Shown here piece by piece: positions 15,739 to 25,621 of a DNA stretch of 37,989 bases (positions are counted from its first letter, which is position 1; every line of letters starts with the position of its first letter). The notes under the pieces were generated by a model. The model worked only from the letters and a program-made list of their open reading frames with translations. It did not search any database and was not told the origin of the DNA. Both the position numbers and the translations under genes were made by a program. Source of the stretch: a virus (taxonomy: Duplodnaviria; Caudoviricetes); IMG/VR virus record IMGVR_UViG_3300048849_000186, positions 1 to 37,989 of that record; one strand, given 5' to 3'.

Positions 15739-15779
15739 GGGTCCTTCCGGGCCATCTAAGCAGTACGGGGGGCAAAGGC
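15739..15779 (+). other. Lambda-like cos site (cosQ plus cosN)
   Basis: GGGTCCT at 15739-15745, then TCCGG..TACG and GGGGGCAAAGGC (15768-15779), about 100 nt upstream of terS. Mirrors lambda GGGTCCTTTCCGG...TACG|GGGCGGCGACCT. Confidence 0.7.
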
Positions 15780-15876
15780 CCAAAAGATCGCTAGGCACGA
15801 GATGGCCTATGGTGCCGCCGCCTCCACATAGATTTCGGCTGTTTTCTGCGGCTTTCGTGATTGTGGAGGCGGCACT

Positions 15877-16377
15877 TTGTCGATTGATGCTGTCACTCTC
15901 ACTCGCGCCGACGTCGCATGGCTCGTTGGCATGTCGGACAGCTGGGTTCGCGATCGGATGCAGGCCGGCGAGCTGCCGCGGCCGGGGGCGACGGCTAAAG
16001 AATACGTTGAGGCATTCGTCGCCTACCGCGTCCGCAAATATGAAATCGCCGACGAAGACGGCACGCTGAACAAAGAGCAGGAGCAGGCTCGGCTCGCTAA
16101 AGAGCAGGCCGACGCTAAGGCTATGGATAACGCGGAGCGCCGATGCGAGTTGGCATCGCTGCCGGATATGGTCGCCGCAGGTGCCGGCGTGATCGTCATG
16201 ATCGTTGCCCAGTTGCAGCAAGTCGGCGCGCGCGTCGCCCATAACGACACGAAGCTTCGCGCTCGCATCGACGCCGAGATCAACAACGTCCTCACCGACC
16301 TGAGCATGACGCGGATTGAGGAGGCGAGGGGCGGGGGCTTTGACGATGGCGAGCCCGAAGACGAAGGGGCCGCCTGA
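15877..16377 (+). CDS. Terminase small subunit (Nu1-like)
   Basis: N-terminal HTH 'LTRADVAWLVGMSDSWVRD' and coiled coil 'EQARLAKEQADAKAMDNAERRCEL'. GGAGG plus TTG start. Confidence 0.88.
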   Translation: MSIDAVTLTRADVAWLVGMSDSWVRDRMQAGELPRPGATAKEYVEAFVAYRVRKYEIADEDGTLNKEQEQARLAKEQADAKAMDNAERRCELASLPDMVAAGAGVIVMIVAQLQQVGARVAHNDTKLRARIDAEINNVLTDLSMTRIEEARGGGFDDGEPEDEGAA

Positions 16378-18352
16378 GCCTTTCCGCGCACCCGGCGCGC
16401 ACGGCGTTGCCCTCGCTGCGGGGTGGCTTGCCGCCTGCCAGCCGCGCGAGCGCCCGCCCTTGTCGAAGTTCATGGTCGAGCACGCACGGTCGGATGACGG
16501 CGCGCGTATCCGGCCATTCCCGTTTCAAGCGGACATCGCCGACGCGTTCACCGATCCCGAGACCGCGCAGCTGTCCGTCCGGAAGAGCAGCCGCATCGGC
16601 TACTCGACGATCCTGCAATGCTTCGTCGCATGGCGCATCAAGTTCGACCCGGCGCGGACGCTCATCTATCAGCCGACGATCGATGATGCGGAGAAGTTCA
16701 GCCGCGACGATCTCGACCCCGTGCTGCAATGGCCGGTCGTTCGGTCCGTCGCCACGTTCAAGCCGCGGCATGCGGACAACCAGATCAGGGCGAAGCGCTA
16801 CAAGGGCGGCTGGATCCAGATCAAAGGCGCGAACAGCCCAAAGGAGTTTCGACGCGTCACCGCGGACGACGTGTTCCTCGAGGAATGCGACGGCTACCCC
16901 TGGGCATCGAAGGAAGAGGGCGACCCGGCCCGCTTGGCCTTCAAGCGCAACCTGACATCGCCGCGACGTTTCAGCGCGGCCGGCTCGACGCCGAAGGTCA
17001 AGGGCTTCAGCCGGATCGATCAGCTGTTCGAGCAGGGCAGCCAGGAATACCGGTACGTTCCTTGTCCGAAGTGCGGGCATATGCAGACGCTGGTGTTCGG
17101 CGACGGCACCGGCGCCGGCATCCACTGGGCACCAAAGGAGATTCCGACCCGAGCCTGGTATCAGTGCGAGCAGGGCTGCGAGATCGACGAGGCTGAGAAG
17201 CCTTGGATGGACGAGAATGGCGAGTGGCGTGCCGCCAATCCGGCACAGTTTCCGCGCCATCGCTCATTCCATATTTGGGCAGCCTATAGCCAACACCCCG
17301 GCGCCGCATGGCTGGAGATCGCCCGCGAGTTCATGGAGGTCCGCAAGGACCCCAATCTGCTCAGGACATTCGTCAACCAAGTTCTCGGCGAGGCATGGGC
17401 GGAGCGCGGCGAGGCGCCGGAATGGCAGCGCCTCTATGATCGCCGGGAGAAGGCGATGCGGTTGAAGACGCCGCCCGCCTGGGCAGGATTGCTGGTCGGC
17501 GCGGCCGACGTGCAGCGCGGCGGCGGCGGTCGCATCGAACTTGATATCTGGGCCTTCGGGCCAAACCGACAGCGCGCTCTGGTCGAGCATATCGAGATCG
17601 ACGGCACTGCGTCCGATCAGGCCACCTGGACGAAGCTCGATAAGCAGATCGCCCGCGAATGGCGGTCCGAAGACGGTCGGCGGATGAAGCTCGCACGGGT
17701 CGGCATCGACTCCGGCGACGGCGAATCCACCATGGAGGTCTATAATTGGGCGCGCCGGCATCCCGGCTTCGTCATGGCGCTGAAGGGGCGCGAAACGCTG
17801 GCGGCGTCTCAGGCGATCGCCGGTCCGACCTGGGTCGACGTGACAATCCGCGGCCGCAAGGTGAAGCGTGGCGTGCGATTGTGGACCGTCGGCACGTCCA
17901 TGCTCAAGCTCGAGCTATACGGCCAGCTGGCGCTGGAAAAGCCCGTCGACGGCGAGACTTACCCTGACGGTTACGTCTTCCTGCCGGACGGTACGCCGGA
18001 CGAGTGGATCAAGCAGCTGGTCGCCGAAGAGCTTCGCATGACGCGGCTGCGCAACGGCGGTTTCCGGCGCGAATGGCACAAGACGAGGGATCGTAACGAG
18101 GCGCTCGACATGGCGGTCTACGCCCGGTCGATCACTTACGCGCTGGGTATCGATCGATGGACGGATCGGCATTGGTCGAAGGTCCGCGGCGAGATGGATG
18201 CTCCCGAGGAGCCCTCGCCCATGCCGCCTAAACCTGAGCCGCCAAAGACGGGTTCGCAGATCCGCAAGCTTGCCGCTGCCAAGGCCCCTGCAGCTGCGCG
18301 CACGCCGACGCCGACCCGCAAGCCGAACCCCTTTACGACACGGAGGCGCTGA
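16346..18352 (+). CDS. Terminase large subunit, lambda GpA family
   Basis: Walker A 'RKSSRIGYS', Walker B 'VFLEECD', 'GSTP', CxxC pairs, 'GIDSGD', 'RNEALDM'. Confidence 0.95.
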   Translation: MASPKTKGPPEPFRAPGAHGVALAAGWLAACQPRERPPLSKFMVEHARSDDGARIRPFPFQADIADAFTDPETAQLSVRKSSRIGYSTILQCFVAWRIKFDPARTLIYQPTIDDAEKFSRDDLDPVLQWPVVRSVATFKPRHADNQIRAKRYKGGWIQIKGANSPKEFRRVTADDVFLEECDGYPWASKEEGDPARLAFKRNLTSPRRFSAAGSTPKVKGFSRIDQLFEQGSQEYRYVPCPKCGHMQTLVFGDGTGAGIHWAPKEIPTRAWYQCEQGCEIDEAEKPWMDENGEWRAANPAQFPRHRSFHIWAAYSQHPGAAWLEIAREFMEVRKDPNLLRTFVNQVLGEAWAERGEAPEWQRLYDRREKAMRLKTPPAWAGLLVGAADVQRGGGGRIELDIWAFGPNRQRALVEHIEIDGTASDQATWTKLDKQIAREWRSEDGRRMKLARVGIDSGDGESTMEVYNWARRHPGFVMALKGRETLAASQAIAGPTWVDVTIRGRKVKRGVRLWTVGTSMLKLELYGQLALEKPVDGETYPDGYVFLPDGTPDEWIKQLVAEELRMTRLRNGGFRREWHKTRDRNEALDMAVYARSITYALGIDRWTDRHWSKVRGEMDAPEEPSPMPPKPEPPKTGSQIRKLAAAKAPAAARTPTPTRKPNPFTTRRR

Positions 18353-18561
18353 TGGCGTTCCAGCAATCCGACCTCGACAAGCTCGACGCCGCCATTCTCT
18401 CCGGGGTGCGCGCTGTCACCTTCGCCGACGGCCGCAAGACCGAGTTCCACTCGCTCAACGAGATGCGCGCGTTGCGTTCTGACGTGAAGGCGGAGCTATC
18501 GGCGGCCGCGTCGCAGACCCAGCCGCGCCGGCGGACGACCATCGGCCGGATGCGGCGCTGA
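18352..18561 (+). CDS. Head-tail joining protein (gpW-like)
   Basis: 69 aa 'DLDKLDAAILSGVRAVTFADGRKTEFHSLNEM' between terL and portal. Confidence 0.88.
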   Translation: MAFQQSDLDKLDAAILSGVRAVTFADGRKTEFHSLNEMRALRSDVKAELSAAASQTQPRRRTTIGRMRR

Positions 18562-19988
18562 TGAACGTGTTTGAGCGCTCGATCGCCGCGATCGCGCCGA
18601 GATACGCCGCGAAGAGGGCGTTCGCACGTGTCCAGCTAAGCCAGGTACGCCGCGTCGAAGGGACGATGAAGCGGCTCCGCGAGGACAACCCGTCGTTCGG
18701 CGTGAACACCGGTGACCCGAGCGATGCGCGACCCGCGCGTATCGTCGATCGCGCGGCGGTGCTGCGGCTTGCCTATCAGAATCCTTACGGCCGCAAGGCG
18801 ATCCGGGCCCTGCTCAACGGCACGATCGGCTGGGGCATCACCGGTGCTCCCAAGGCGCCGAAAGCCGTGCAGGACCTGTGGACGCGATGGGTAAAGGTCA
18901 GCGACTTCCGCGGTCGCCTGAACTTCTACGGGCAGCAGGCGCTCGCCACCCGCACGATGTTCCGTGAGGGCGATGCCTTCATCGTCCGTCGCCTGGTGAA
19001 GGACGCTACGGTCATCCCGCTGCGCATCGACGTCCTCGACGGCGGCCTGCTCGATACCAGCAAGATTGCCGAGAACATCGAGGGCGGCATCGAATACGAC
19101 GCCGATGGCAACGTCACCGGCTACTGGTTCCTTCCGGCCCGGTCGGACTATCGCCGCAGCCGGCCGTCCTTCCGCGTACCGGCCGCGGATGTCATCCACC
19201 TCTATGAGCAGGAGGAGGCAGGGCAGAAGCGCGGGCGGTCAGTATTCGAACCGGTGATGAAGAAGCTCGGGGACATCGACGATGCCCTCGACGCTGACCT
19301 CGTTCGCCGCAAGATCGAGTCCTGCTTCGTCGGCTTCCGTCGTATCAATCCCGACTGGGTCGACGAGCCGTTCGGGCAGATTCAGTCGCGCAGCGAAGAC
19401 CTGCCGCCGGTTGAATTCTTCGAGCCGGGCACGATGACGACGCTGGCGCCAGGCGAAGACGTCCAGTTCGCCGATCCCAAGCCGGCCGGCGGCCTCAACG
19501 ATGCGGTCAAGATCAACCTGCTCGCCACGGCGGCGGGTGTCGGAGCCACCTACGAGCACGTCACTGGCGATCTCTCGAACGTCAACTTCTCGAGCTACCG
19601 CGCCGGCGCTCTTGAGTTCGACGCCACCAACGAGGAGCGCCAGTTCAACACCATCATCCCCGTGTTCCTTGATCGGGTGTGGGACTGGTTCTGCCAGGCG
19701 GCCTACGAGTTCGGGAAGACGCGTGCGCCGTCCTACGAGATGCGCTGGACCCCGCCCCCGCGGAAGTCGATCGATCGCGAAGGTGATGCCAAGGCCGACA
19801 TCCTCGAGATGCAGGCGGGCCTCGAAAACCGCCGCAGCCTGCTCAACTCGCGCGGCATCGATCACGACACCTTCATGGCCGAGACGCAGGCCGATCTGAA
19901 GAAGCAGCAGGATCAGGGGCTCTATTACAAGGGCGATCCCTTCACCGCTGCCCAGGCCGCCGCCGGCACCACCAACAGCGCAGCGTAA
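18561..19988 (+). CDS. Portal protein, lambda family
   Basis: 'GGIEYDADG..GYW' and 'GATYEHVTGDLSNVNFSSYRAG'. Confidence 0.95.
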   Translation: MNVFERSIAAIAPRYAAKRAFARVQLSQVRRVEGTMKRLREDNPSFGVNTGDPSDARPARIVDRAAVLRLAYQNPYGRKAIRALLNGTIGWGITGAPKAPKAVQDLWTRWVKVSDFRGRLNFYGQQALATRTMFREGDAFIVRRLVKDATVIPLRIDVLDGGLLDTSKIAENIEGGIEYDADGNVTGYWFLPARSDYRRSRPSFRVPAADVIHLYEQEEAGQKRGRSVFEPVMKKLGDIDDALDADLVRRKIESCFVGFRRINPDWVDEPFGQIQSRSEDLPPVEFFEPGTMTTLAPGEDVQFADPKPAGGLNDAVKINLLATAAGVGATYEHVTGDLSNVNFSSYRAGALEFDATNEERQFNTIIPVFLDRVWDWFCQAAYEFGKTRAPSYEMRWTPPPRKSIDREGDAKADILEMQAGLENRRSLLNSRGIDHDTFMAETQADLKKQQDQGLYYKGDPFTAAQAAAGTTNSAA

Positions 19989-19999
19989 GGAACCAGCTG

Positions 20000-21982
20000 A
20001 TGACCGCAATCGCCCCGGCCGCGGAGACGCGCGCCGTCAATGCGCCGACGATGCTTCGCGCCGCAGACGTTCGGCCCGCCTCCTATCAGGAGGAGGACAA
20101 TTCGATCGAGGTGGTCTGGTCGATCGGCGCGGCGGGGCTGCGCTTCGACTGGCTCGACGGTGGATACTACACCGAAGAGCTTTCGATGGACGCGGGCGCA
20201 GTGCGCCTCGGCCGCCTCAATGCCGGCGCCTGCCTTCTCGACAGCCACAGCACGTACAGCCTTTCGAGCGTCCTCGGCTCGGTCGTTCCGGGCAGCGTCC
20301 GAATAGAGAATGGCGAGGGCCTGTGCCGCGTGCGCCTCGCCCGCACGCCGGACGTCGCCGACACCATCGCCAAGATCATCGACGGCCACATCCGCTCGCT
20401 GAGCGTCTCGTACAACGTCTTCGAATTCCAACGCACCGAGCGCGAAGGGGAATATCCCCACATGCTCGCCACCGATTGGGAGCCGGTCGAGCTCTCTTTC
20501 GTGACGGTGCCCTTCGATGCCGCGGCGCAGGTGCGCCAGCGGAGTGCCGCGCAGGGCGGCGATCACCCCTGCACCATCCGCGGCGCCGCCGCTCCCAACC
20601 CGGAGAATGAAATGCCCGATCCCGTGATCGAGCCGGCGGCTGATCCCGCGCCGGCCACCCCGCCCGTCGCCGCGCCGGCGCCGGCACCCGTCGTGGAGAA
20701 CCGCTCCGCTCCGGTAATCACCGCCACGCGCATCTTCGAGCGCTGCGGCCGCGCGCCGGACCTCGGCGATACGTTCGCGCGCGAGCTCATCGAGCGCAAC
20801 GAAGCGACCCCGCTGACCGAGGTCGATTTCGAGCGCGCGATCAGCGATCGCCTGTTCGAAAGCCGCGCTCTGCCGAACATCGACGCCCGCGCCGGGCGCT
20901 CGGGCACCGAAAGCGAGGGCTATCGCCGCGCCATCGAAGCCGCAGTCGTGCTCCGCGCCGATCCGTCGGCCCAGGTGCCGGAAGCAGACGCCGCGGCGGC
21001 CCGCGAATTCCGCGGCATGTCGATGATGGAGATGGCGCGCGATTACTGCCAGCGCACCGGTATCGGCGTGTTCGGCGGCAACAAGCTCGAGATCGCCGGT
21101 GCCGCGCTCGGCCTGCGCTATGGCGCGCACACCACCAGCGACTTCGCCAACGCGCTGTCGAGCGCCGCGGGCAAGCGCGTGCGGGCCGCTTATGAGGCCG
21201 CGCCGCAGACCTTCGGTCCGATCGTCTCGCGCGGCACGCTGCCGGACTTCAAGGACACCAACATCATCGGCCTGGGCGATGCGCCCTCGCTGCTGCTGGT
21301 CCGCGAGAACGCCGAGTTCACCTACGGCGCCATGTCCGACACCGGCATGACCTACCGGCTGCAGACCTATGGCCGCATCATCGCCATCACCCGGCAGGCG
21401 GTCATCAATGACGACAAGCGCCTCTTCTCGCGCATCCCGACGCAGTTCGGGTTCAAGGCGCGCGATCTGGAGAGCGATCTCGTCTGGGGGCTGGTCATCA
21501 GCAACCCGACCATGGCGGACGGCTATGCGCTCTTCTCGTCGCAGCACGGCAACCTCGGCGCTGGCGCGGCAATCACCGTCGCCTCGGTCGCAGCCGGCCG
21601 CACCGCCATGGCTCAGCAGCGTTCGGCCGAAGGCGGCTTCATCACCGTCCGCCCGACCTATCTGGTTGTCGGCCCGGCGAAGCAGACGGAAGCCGAGCAG
21701 TTCCTGACTGCGGTCGCGGCGACCCAGACCACCGCCGTCAACCCGTTCGCCGGCAAGCTGCAGCTGATCGTCGAGCCGCGGATCACCGACAACAGCTGGT
21801 ATCTCGTCGCCGATCCCAGCTCGATCGACACGATCGAACTGTCGCACCTCGAGGGTCAGGAGGGCGTCTTCATCGAGACGCAGGCCGGCTTCGACGTCGA
21901 CGGGATCAAGACCAAGGCCCGCCTCGACGTCGGCGCCGCCACGATCGACTTCCGCGGCTTCTACCGCAACCCCGGCAACTAA
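20000..21982 (+). CDS. Prohead protease / major capsid protein fusion
   Basis: Protease 'LLDSH..LSVSY..WEPVELSFVTVPFD', Pro/Ala linker, capsid 'HTTSDFAN..LPDFK..TYGRIIAITRQAVINDD..IDFRGFYRNPG'. Confidence 0.93.
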   Translation: MTAIAPAAETRAVNAPTMLRAADVRPASYQEEDNSIEVVWSIGAAGLRFDWLDGGYYTEELSMDAGAVRLGRLNAGACLLDSHSTYSLSSVLGSVVPGSVRIENGEGLCRVRLARTPDVADTIAKIIDGHIRSLSVSYNVFEFQRTEREGEYPHMLATDWEPVELSFVTVPFDAAAQVRQRSAAQGGDHPCTIRGAAAPNPENEMPDPVIEPAADPAPATPPVAAPAPAPVVENRSAPVITATRIFERCGRAPDLGDTFARELIERNEATPLTEVDFERAISDRLFESRALPNIDARAGRSGTESEGYRRAIEAAVVLRADPSAQVPEADAAAAREFRGMSMMEMARDYCQRTGIGVFGGNKLEIAGAALGLRYGAHTTSDFANALSSAAGKRVRAAYEAAPQTFGPIVSRGTLPDFKDTNIIGLGDAPSLLLVRENAEFTYGAMSDTGMTYRLQTYGRIIAITRQAVINDDKRLFSRIPTQFGFKARDLESDLVWGLVISNPTMADGYALFSSQHGNLGAGAAITVASVAAGRTAMAQQRSAEGGFITVRPTYLVVGPAKQTEAEQFLTAVAATQTTAVNPFAGKLQLIVEPRITDNSWYLVADPSSIDTIELSHLEGQEGVFIETQAGFDVDGIKTKARLDVGAATIDFRGFYRNPGN

Positions 21983-22006
21983 GCCGACCCGAGAAAGGAC
22001 AATACG

Positions 22007-22300
22007 ATGAAGATCGTGAACCTGATCGGCCCGGCGGTGATCGCCGGCGCCGTGCGCTACCCGATCGAGGGTGCGCTGACCGTGACCGACGCCGAGGCGG
22101 AGCAGCTGAAAGCCTCCGGCCGCCTCGACGGCGATCCGGAAGACCTGCCCGAGGAGGGGGAACCGGAAGAGGACGACGGCCTCGACGCGCTCAAGGGCGA
22201 GGAACTCAAGTCGCTCGCCGGTGACGAGGGCATCGACCTCGGCAGCGCCACCACCAAGGCGGCGATGGTCGCCGCGATCCGGGCGGCCCGCGCGGCCTAA
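22007..22300 (+). CDS. Small head-associated protein with C-terminal HeH/Rho-N-like helices
   Basis: AAGGA RBS. 'LDALKGEELKSLAGDEGIDLGSATTKAAMVAAI'. Confidence 0.7.
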   Translation: MKIVNLIGPAVIAGAVRYPIEGALTVTDAEAEQLKASGRLDGDPEDLPEEGEPEEDDGLDALKGEELKSLAGDEGIDLGSATTKAAMVAAIRAARAA

Positions 22301-22351
22301 CCCCAAACCGTCCCGCCCCGGCAGTGCCGGGGTCGGACAGGGAGATCCAGC

Positions 22352-22678
22352 ATGAAAAACTACGTGCAGAAGGGTCAGAACCTCACTCTGACCGCCCCCC
22401 GCGCCCTGAACAGCGGCGACGGGTTCATCGTTGGCGCCATCTTCGCCGTCGCCTCGGCGGCGGCGGCCCAAGGCGCGCCCGTCGTCGGCGTCACTGAGGA
22501 GGTGTTCACGCTTCCGAAGGCGACCGGCGCCATCACCCAGGGCCAGCGCCTGTATTGGGACAACACGGCGTTCAACCTGACCACCACCTCGACCAACAAC
22601 ACGCTGGTCGGCCCGGCCGTCCAGAACGCCGCGAGCGGCGACGCCACTGTCGCGGTGAAGCTCACCGGCCAGGTGTAA
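22352..22678 (+). CDS. DUF2190-family capsid cement protein
   Basis: 'MKNYVQKGQNLTLTAP..GVTEEVFTLPK..GQRLYWD..TVAVKL'. Confidence 0.9.
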   Translation: MKNYVQKGQNLTLTAPRALNSGDGFIVGAIFAVASAAAAQGAPVVGVTEEVFTLPKATGAITQGQRLYWDNTAFNLTTTSTNNTLVGPAVQNAASGDATVAVKLTGQV

Positions 22679-22681
22679 CCC

Positions 22682-22996
22682 ATGGACCCGTTCGCCGCGG
22701 CGCTGGACGCGCTCTTCTACGCGCCCGGCTCCGCGGCGGCGGTCTATATCCCCGAGCATGGTTTTCCGCGCGAAATCCGCTTGATCCGGAGCCAGCCGGA
22801 CGCCGATGTTCAGTTCGGCGACTCCCAGATTATTCAGGCGGCCAACCTGTTCGAGATTCGCAGGTCGGAGGTCGACCGGCCGGCACACGGCGCGCGGCTA
22901 ATGATCGGCAACGACGTCTATTCCATTCAGGGCGACGGGCGGCTCGATGTCGAGGGGCTGACGTGGACCGTCGGCGCGGAGCACGATGCGCGTTGA
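22682..22996 (+). CDS. Head-tail joining (head closure) protein
   Basis: 'DPFAAALDALF..IRLIRSQPD..FEIRRSEVDRP', plus position. Confidence 0.8.
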   Translation: MDPFAAALDALFYAPGSAAAVYIPEHGFPREIRLIRSQPDADVQFGDSQIIQAANLFEIRRSEVDRPAHGARLMIGNDVYSIQGDGRLDVEGLTWTVGAEHDAR

Positions 22997-23651
22997 CGTC
23001 GGCTTCGGCGACCTGCGGCTGCAACTGGAAGGCATCGAAGGCGATATCGCCAAGCTGGCCAGCGCCGCGATGCGCGAGACGACGCCGATCGCAAAGCAGG
23101 AGCTTCGCGCACAGGTAACCAGCGCTGGCCTCGGCACGCGGCTGGCGAACACCTGGCGCAGCGAGGTCTATCCCCGGTCAAGCGTCAGCCTGAACCCCGG
23201 CGGCTATATCTGGTCGAACGCACCCGATATCGTCGACAGCTTCAACCGCGGCGCCACGGTTCGCCCGATCGGCAGCGCGAAATACCTCTGGATACCGACC
23301 AAGAACGTGCCTCGGGCGCGTGGTCGCGTGAACCGGCGAGGCCAGACCATCAAGGGCGGCGCGATGTCGCCCGAAGAGGTTGAGAACGCCTTCAACAACG
23401 ATTTCCAGATCAGGCGCGGCAAAAACGGCACGTTGCTCGCCTTCATCGAGGTCATCCGCGCGCGGAACGGCCGCGGCGTCCGCGGCGCCACCAAGGGGCG
23501 GGTCGCTCAGGGCCGTAAGGTCGCGCCGGTGCTGATGTTCGTCCTGCGCCGCACCGTCCGCCTGCCGAAGCTGCTCGACGTTGAGGCGGTCGCCGACCGC
23601 TGGGCCGACAGCTTCAGCGCGTCCTTCAGCCGGAGATTGGGTGAGCTATGA
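22986..23651 (+). CDS. Neck/tail-completion protein (DUF6441-like)
   Basis: 'KQELRAQVTSAGLGTRLANTWRSEVYP..YLWIPT..MFVLRRTVRLPKLLD'. Confidence 0.8.
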   Translation: MRVDVGFGDLRLQLEGIEGDIAKLASAAMRETTPIAKQELRAQVTSAGLGTRLANTWRSEVYPRSSVSLNPGGYIWSNAPDIVDSFNRGATVRPIGSAKYLWIPTKNVPRARGRVNRRGQTIKGGAMSPEEVENAFNNDFQIRRGKNGTLLAFIEVIRARNGRGVRGATKGRVAQGRKVAPVLMFVLRRTVRLPKLLDVEAVADRWADSFSASFSRRLGEL

Positions 23652-24088
23652 GCCATCGTCTCGACGTGCTGAAAGCGCTCAAGGCGGTGATCGCCGAGGC
23701 CCTACCCGGCGTGCAGGTCATGGGTCTGGACGGCGACGAAGTCGCGCCGCAGCGCGTGCCGGACGGCGGGCGCGTCATCGTGCGAACCGGCGACCCCGGG
23801 CAGCCCGAGGTCGACCTGTCGCCCGCCCGCTACAACTACGATCACAGCATCCCAATCGAGATTGCAGCCTACAAAAGCGCCGGCCGCACCGCTGAGGAAG
23901 CGCTCGACGATATGCTGATGGCGATCGACGCGGCAATCCTCACCGACCGCTTCCTCGGCGGTCTCTGCACCTACCTCGACGCCATGGCGCCGGCGACCGA
24001 CGACATCTTCAGCGAGGGCGGCATCCCCCTCCGCGGCGCCGACCTCATGCTGGTCGCCAGCTACACCACCACCTCACCTCTCACCTGA
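23648..24088 (+). CDS. Tail terminator-like protein
   Basis: Acidic 146 aa protein before the tail tube, ending 'YTTTSPLT'. Confidence 0.75.
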   Translation: MSHRLDVLKALKAVIAEALPGVQVMGLDGDEVAPQRVPDGGRVIVRTGDPGQPEVDLSPARYNYDHSIPIEIAAYKSAGRTAEEALDDMLMAIDAAILTDRFLGGLCTYLDAMAPATDDIFSEGGIPLRGADLMLVASYTTTSPLT

Positions 24089-24101
24089 TCGGAGATAGCC
24101 A

Positions 24102-25067
24102 ATGGCTCTCACGCCTACCAAGCGGGCGCGCGGTTCGAACGCCAAGGTCATCGGCGCCTTCGAAACGACGCCAGGCGCCGTCCCCGCGACCAACGGCAGC
24201 TGGTTCAGCCTGCCGATCGTCAGCCACAGCCTGGGCGAAGAGCGGCCGCTGATCGCCAGCGACCTGCTCGGCCAGGGCCGCGAGATGCAGGACCCGACGC
24301 CGGACGTGGCGACGAACGACGGCGACATCGTCGTGCCGGTCGATGCCCGCAATTTCGGCCGCTGGCTCAAGCTGTTCTTCGGCGATGCGGCTGTCACCGG
24401 CAACGCCACCGACGGCTATACCCACACCTTCACCTCGGGCGCGCAGGTGCTGCCGTCGATGTCGATCGAGGTCAGCTCGCCGGAGGTGCCCGCCTATACC
24501 GTCAACCGCGGCGCACGCGGCAATCAGCTGCGCATTGGCATGTCGCGGTCGGGTCTGCTCAACGCCACCTGCAGCCTGATCTGCATCGGCGAGACCGACC
24601 CGATCGCCACCAGCGCCGGCCCGGCCAGCCCTGCGGCGCTCGACACGGTCCGCTTCCCGCAGGCGACCGGCTACGTGAACAAGGGCGGTCAGGCGCTGGG
24701 CAGCGTCGTCGGCGCCGACTTCACCTTCTCGAACAACCTCGAGAAGGTTGAGACGATCCAAGCTGACGGCCGCATCGAGGACAGCGACGCCGGCATGGCG
24801 CAGTCGACCGGATCGATCACCGTCCGGTTCGCCGACCTGACGCTTCTCGCCGCAGCGACCAGCGGGACGCCCGTCGACCTCGCGTTCGGCTGGTCGTTCG
24901 GCGCCTTCAGCCTCGTCTTCCTCGTCCCCCGCGTCTTCCTGCCGAAGCCGAAGCGTCCGATCACCGGCCCGAACGGCATCCAGGCACAGTTCAACTGGCA
25001 GGCGTCGCGCGGCACCGGCGGGTTCAGCACGCGCGCCGTGCTCAAGACCGACGTAGCGAGCTACTGA
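24102..25067 (+). CDS. Major tail tube protein
   Basis: 'RARGSNA..FETTPG..LIASDLLGQGR..FLPKPKRPITGPNGIQAQFNWQA'. GGAG RBS. Confidence 0.9.
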   Translation: MALTPTKRARGSNAKVIGAFETTPGAVPATNGSWFSLPIVSHSLGEERPLIASDLLGQGREMQDPTPDVATNDGDIVVPVDARNFGRWLKLFFGDAAVTGNATDGYTHTFTSGAQVLPSMSIEVSSPEVPAYTVNRGARGNQLRIGMSRSGLLNATCSLICIGETDPIATSAGPASPAALDTVRFPQATGYVNKGGQALGSVVGADFTFSNNLEKVETIQADGRIEDSDAGMAQSTGSITVRFADLTLLAAATSGTPVDLAFGWSFGAFSLVFLVPRVFLPKPKRPITGPNGIQAQFNWQASRGTGGFSTRAVLKTDVASY

Positions 25068-25621
25068 TGCTCGTCGCTCGGCGGCCGGCGGGGCCGGAAT
25101 GGAAGACCCTCATGGGCGCGCAGGTGCAGTTCGCGCCGATCGATCGCGCCGGCCTGCGCCGCGCGCGCCGCGCCGCGCTGGCGGTGCTCGGCCGTGACGA
25201 GCATGAAGGCTCGGAAGCCGCGTCGGCCGAGGAGCAGATGGCCGAACTCGGCGACGCTCTTAGCCACGCCTTGCTGATGCAGGGCATTACCGATTGGAAG
25301 AACGTCTGCCTGATGGCGGACGGTGACGACGCCGGTCCCGGTGAGGTGCTGGAATGCACCGACGAGAACAAGGCGCTGGTGCTCTCCGACCCGCTGACTT
25401 TCGAGGCATTCGACGCCGCCTACGTCATCCCCTTCGTCGTTCGCGAGCGAGCAAAAAACGCCTTCGCCGCCTCTCCGAGTGGCATTGGGGCGGCGGCGAC
25501 CGAGGCGAACGGTACTGCGGCCTCTCCTGCGAAGCCGGCACCAAAGGGCGGTGCGAAGAATGCCCCTACCGGGCGGAAGCCCCGCAGGACGAAGACGCCG
25601 AAATCGTCTGGGACGTCCTGA
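25067..25621 (+). CDS. Tail assembly chaperone (gpG-like)
   Basis: Between tube and tape measure. Slippery heptamer A AAA AAC at 25453-25459. Confidence 0.85.
   Translation: MLVARRPAGPEWKTLMGAQVQFAPIDRAGLRRARRAALAVLGRDEHEGSEAASAEEQMAELGDALSHALLMQGITDWKNVCLMADGDDAGPGEVLECTDENKALVLSDPLTFEAFDAAYVIPFVVRERAKNAFAASPSGIGAAATEANGTAASPAKPAPKGGAKNAPTGRKPRRTKTPKSSGTS

Noticed and set aside
16870-16892. Terminase Walker B 'VFLEECD' instead of 'DE' as a sign of inactivation
   Set aside because: The change is conservative and all other GpA motifs are intact. It cannot be called defective without an alignment.
22309-22340. Hairpin CCCCGGCA-G-TGCCGGGG as an intrinsic terminator
   Set aside because: No U-tract, and it lies mid late operon. 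At most a stability element.
19925-22888. 987-codon minus-strand ORF
   Set aside because: In-register antisense shadow of four head genes that happen to share a frame. No coupling to neighbours and no protein-like motifs. It also shows that ORF length alone is not evidence in this GC-rich DNA.
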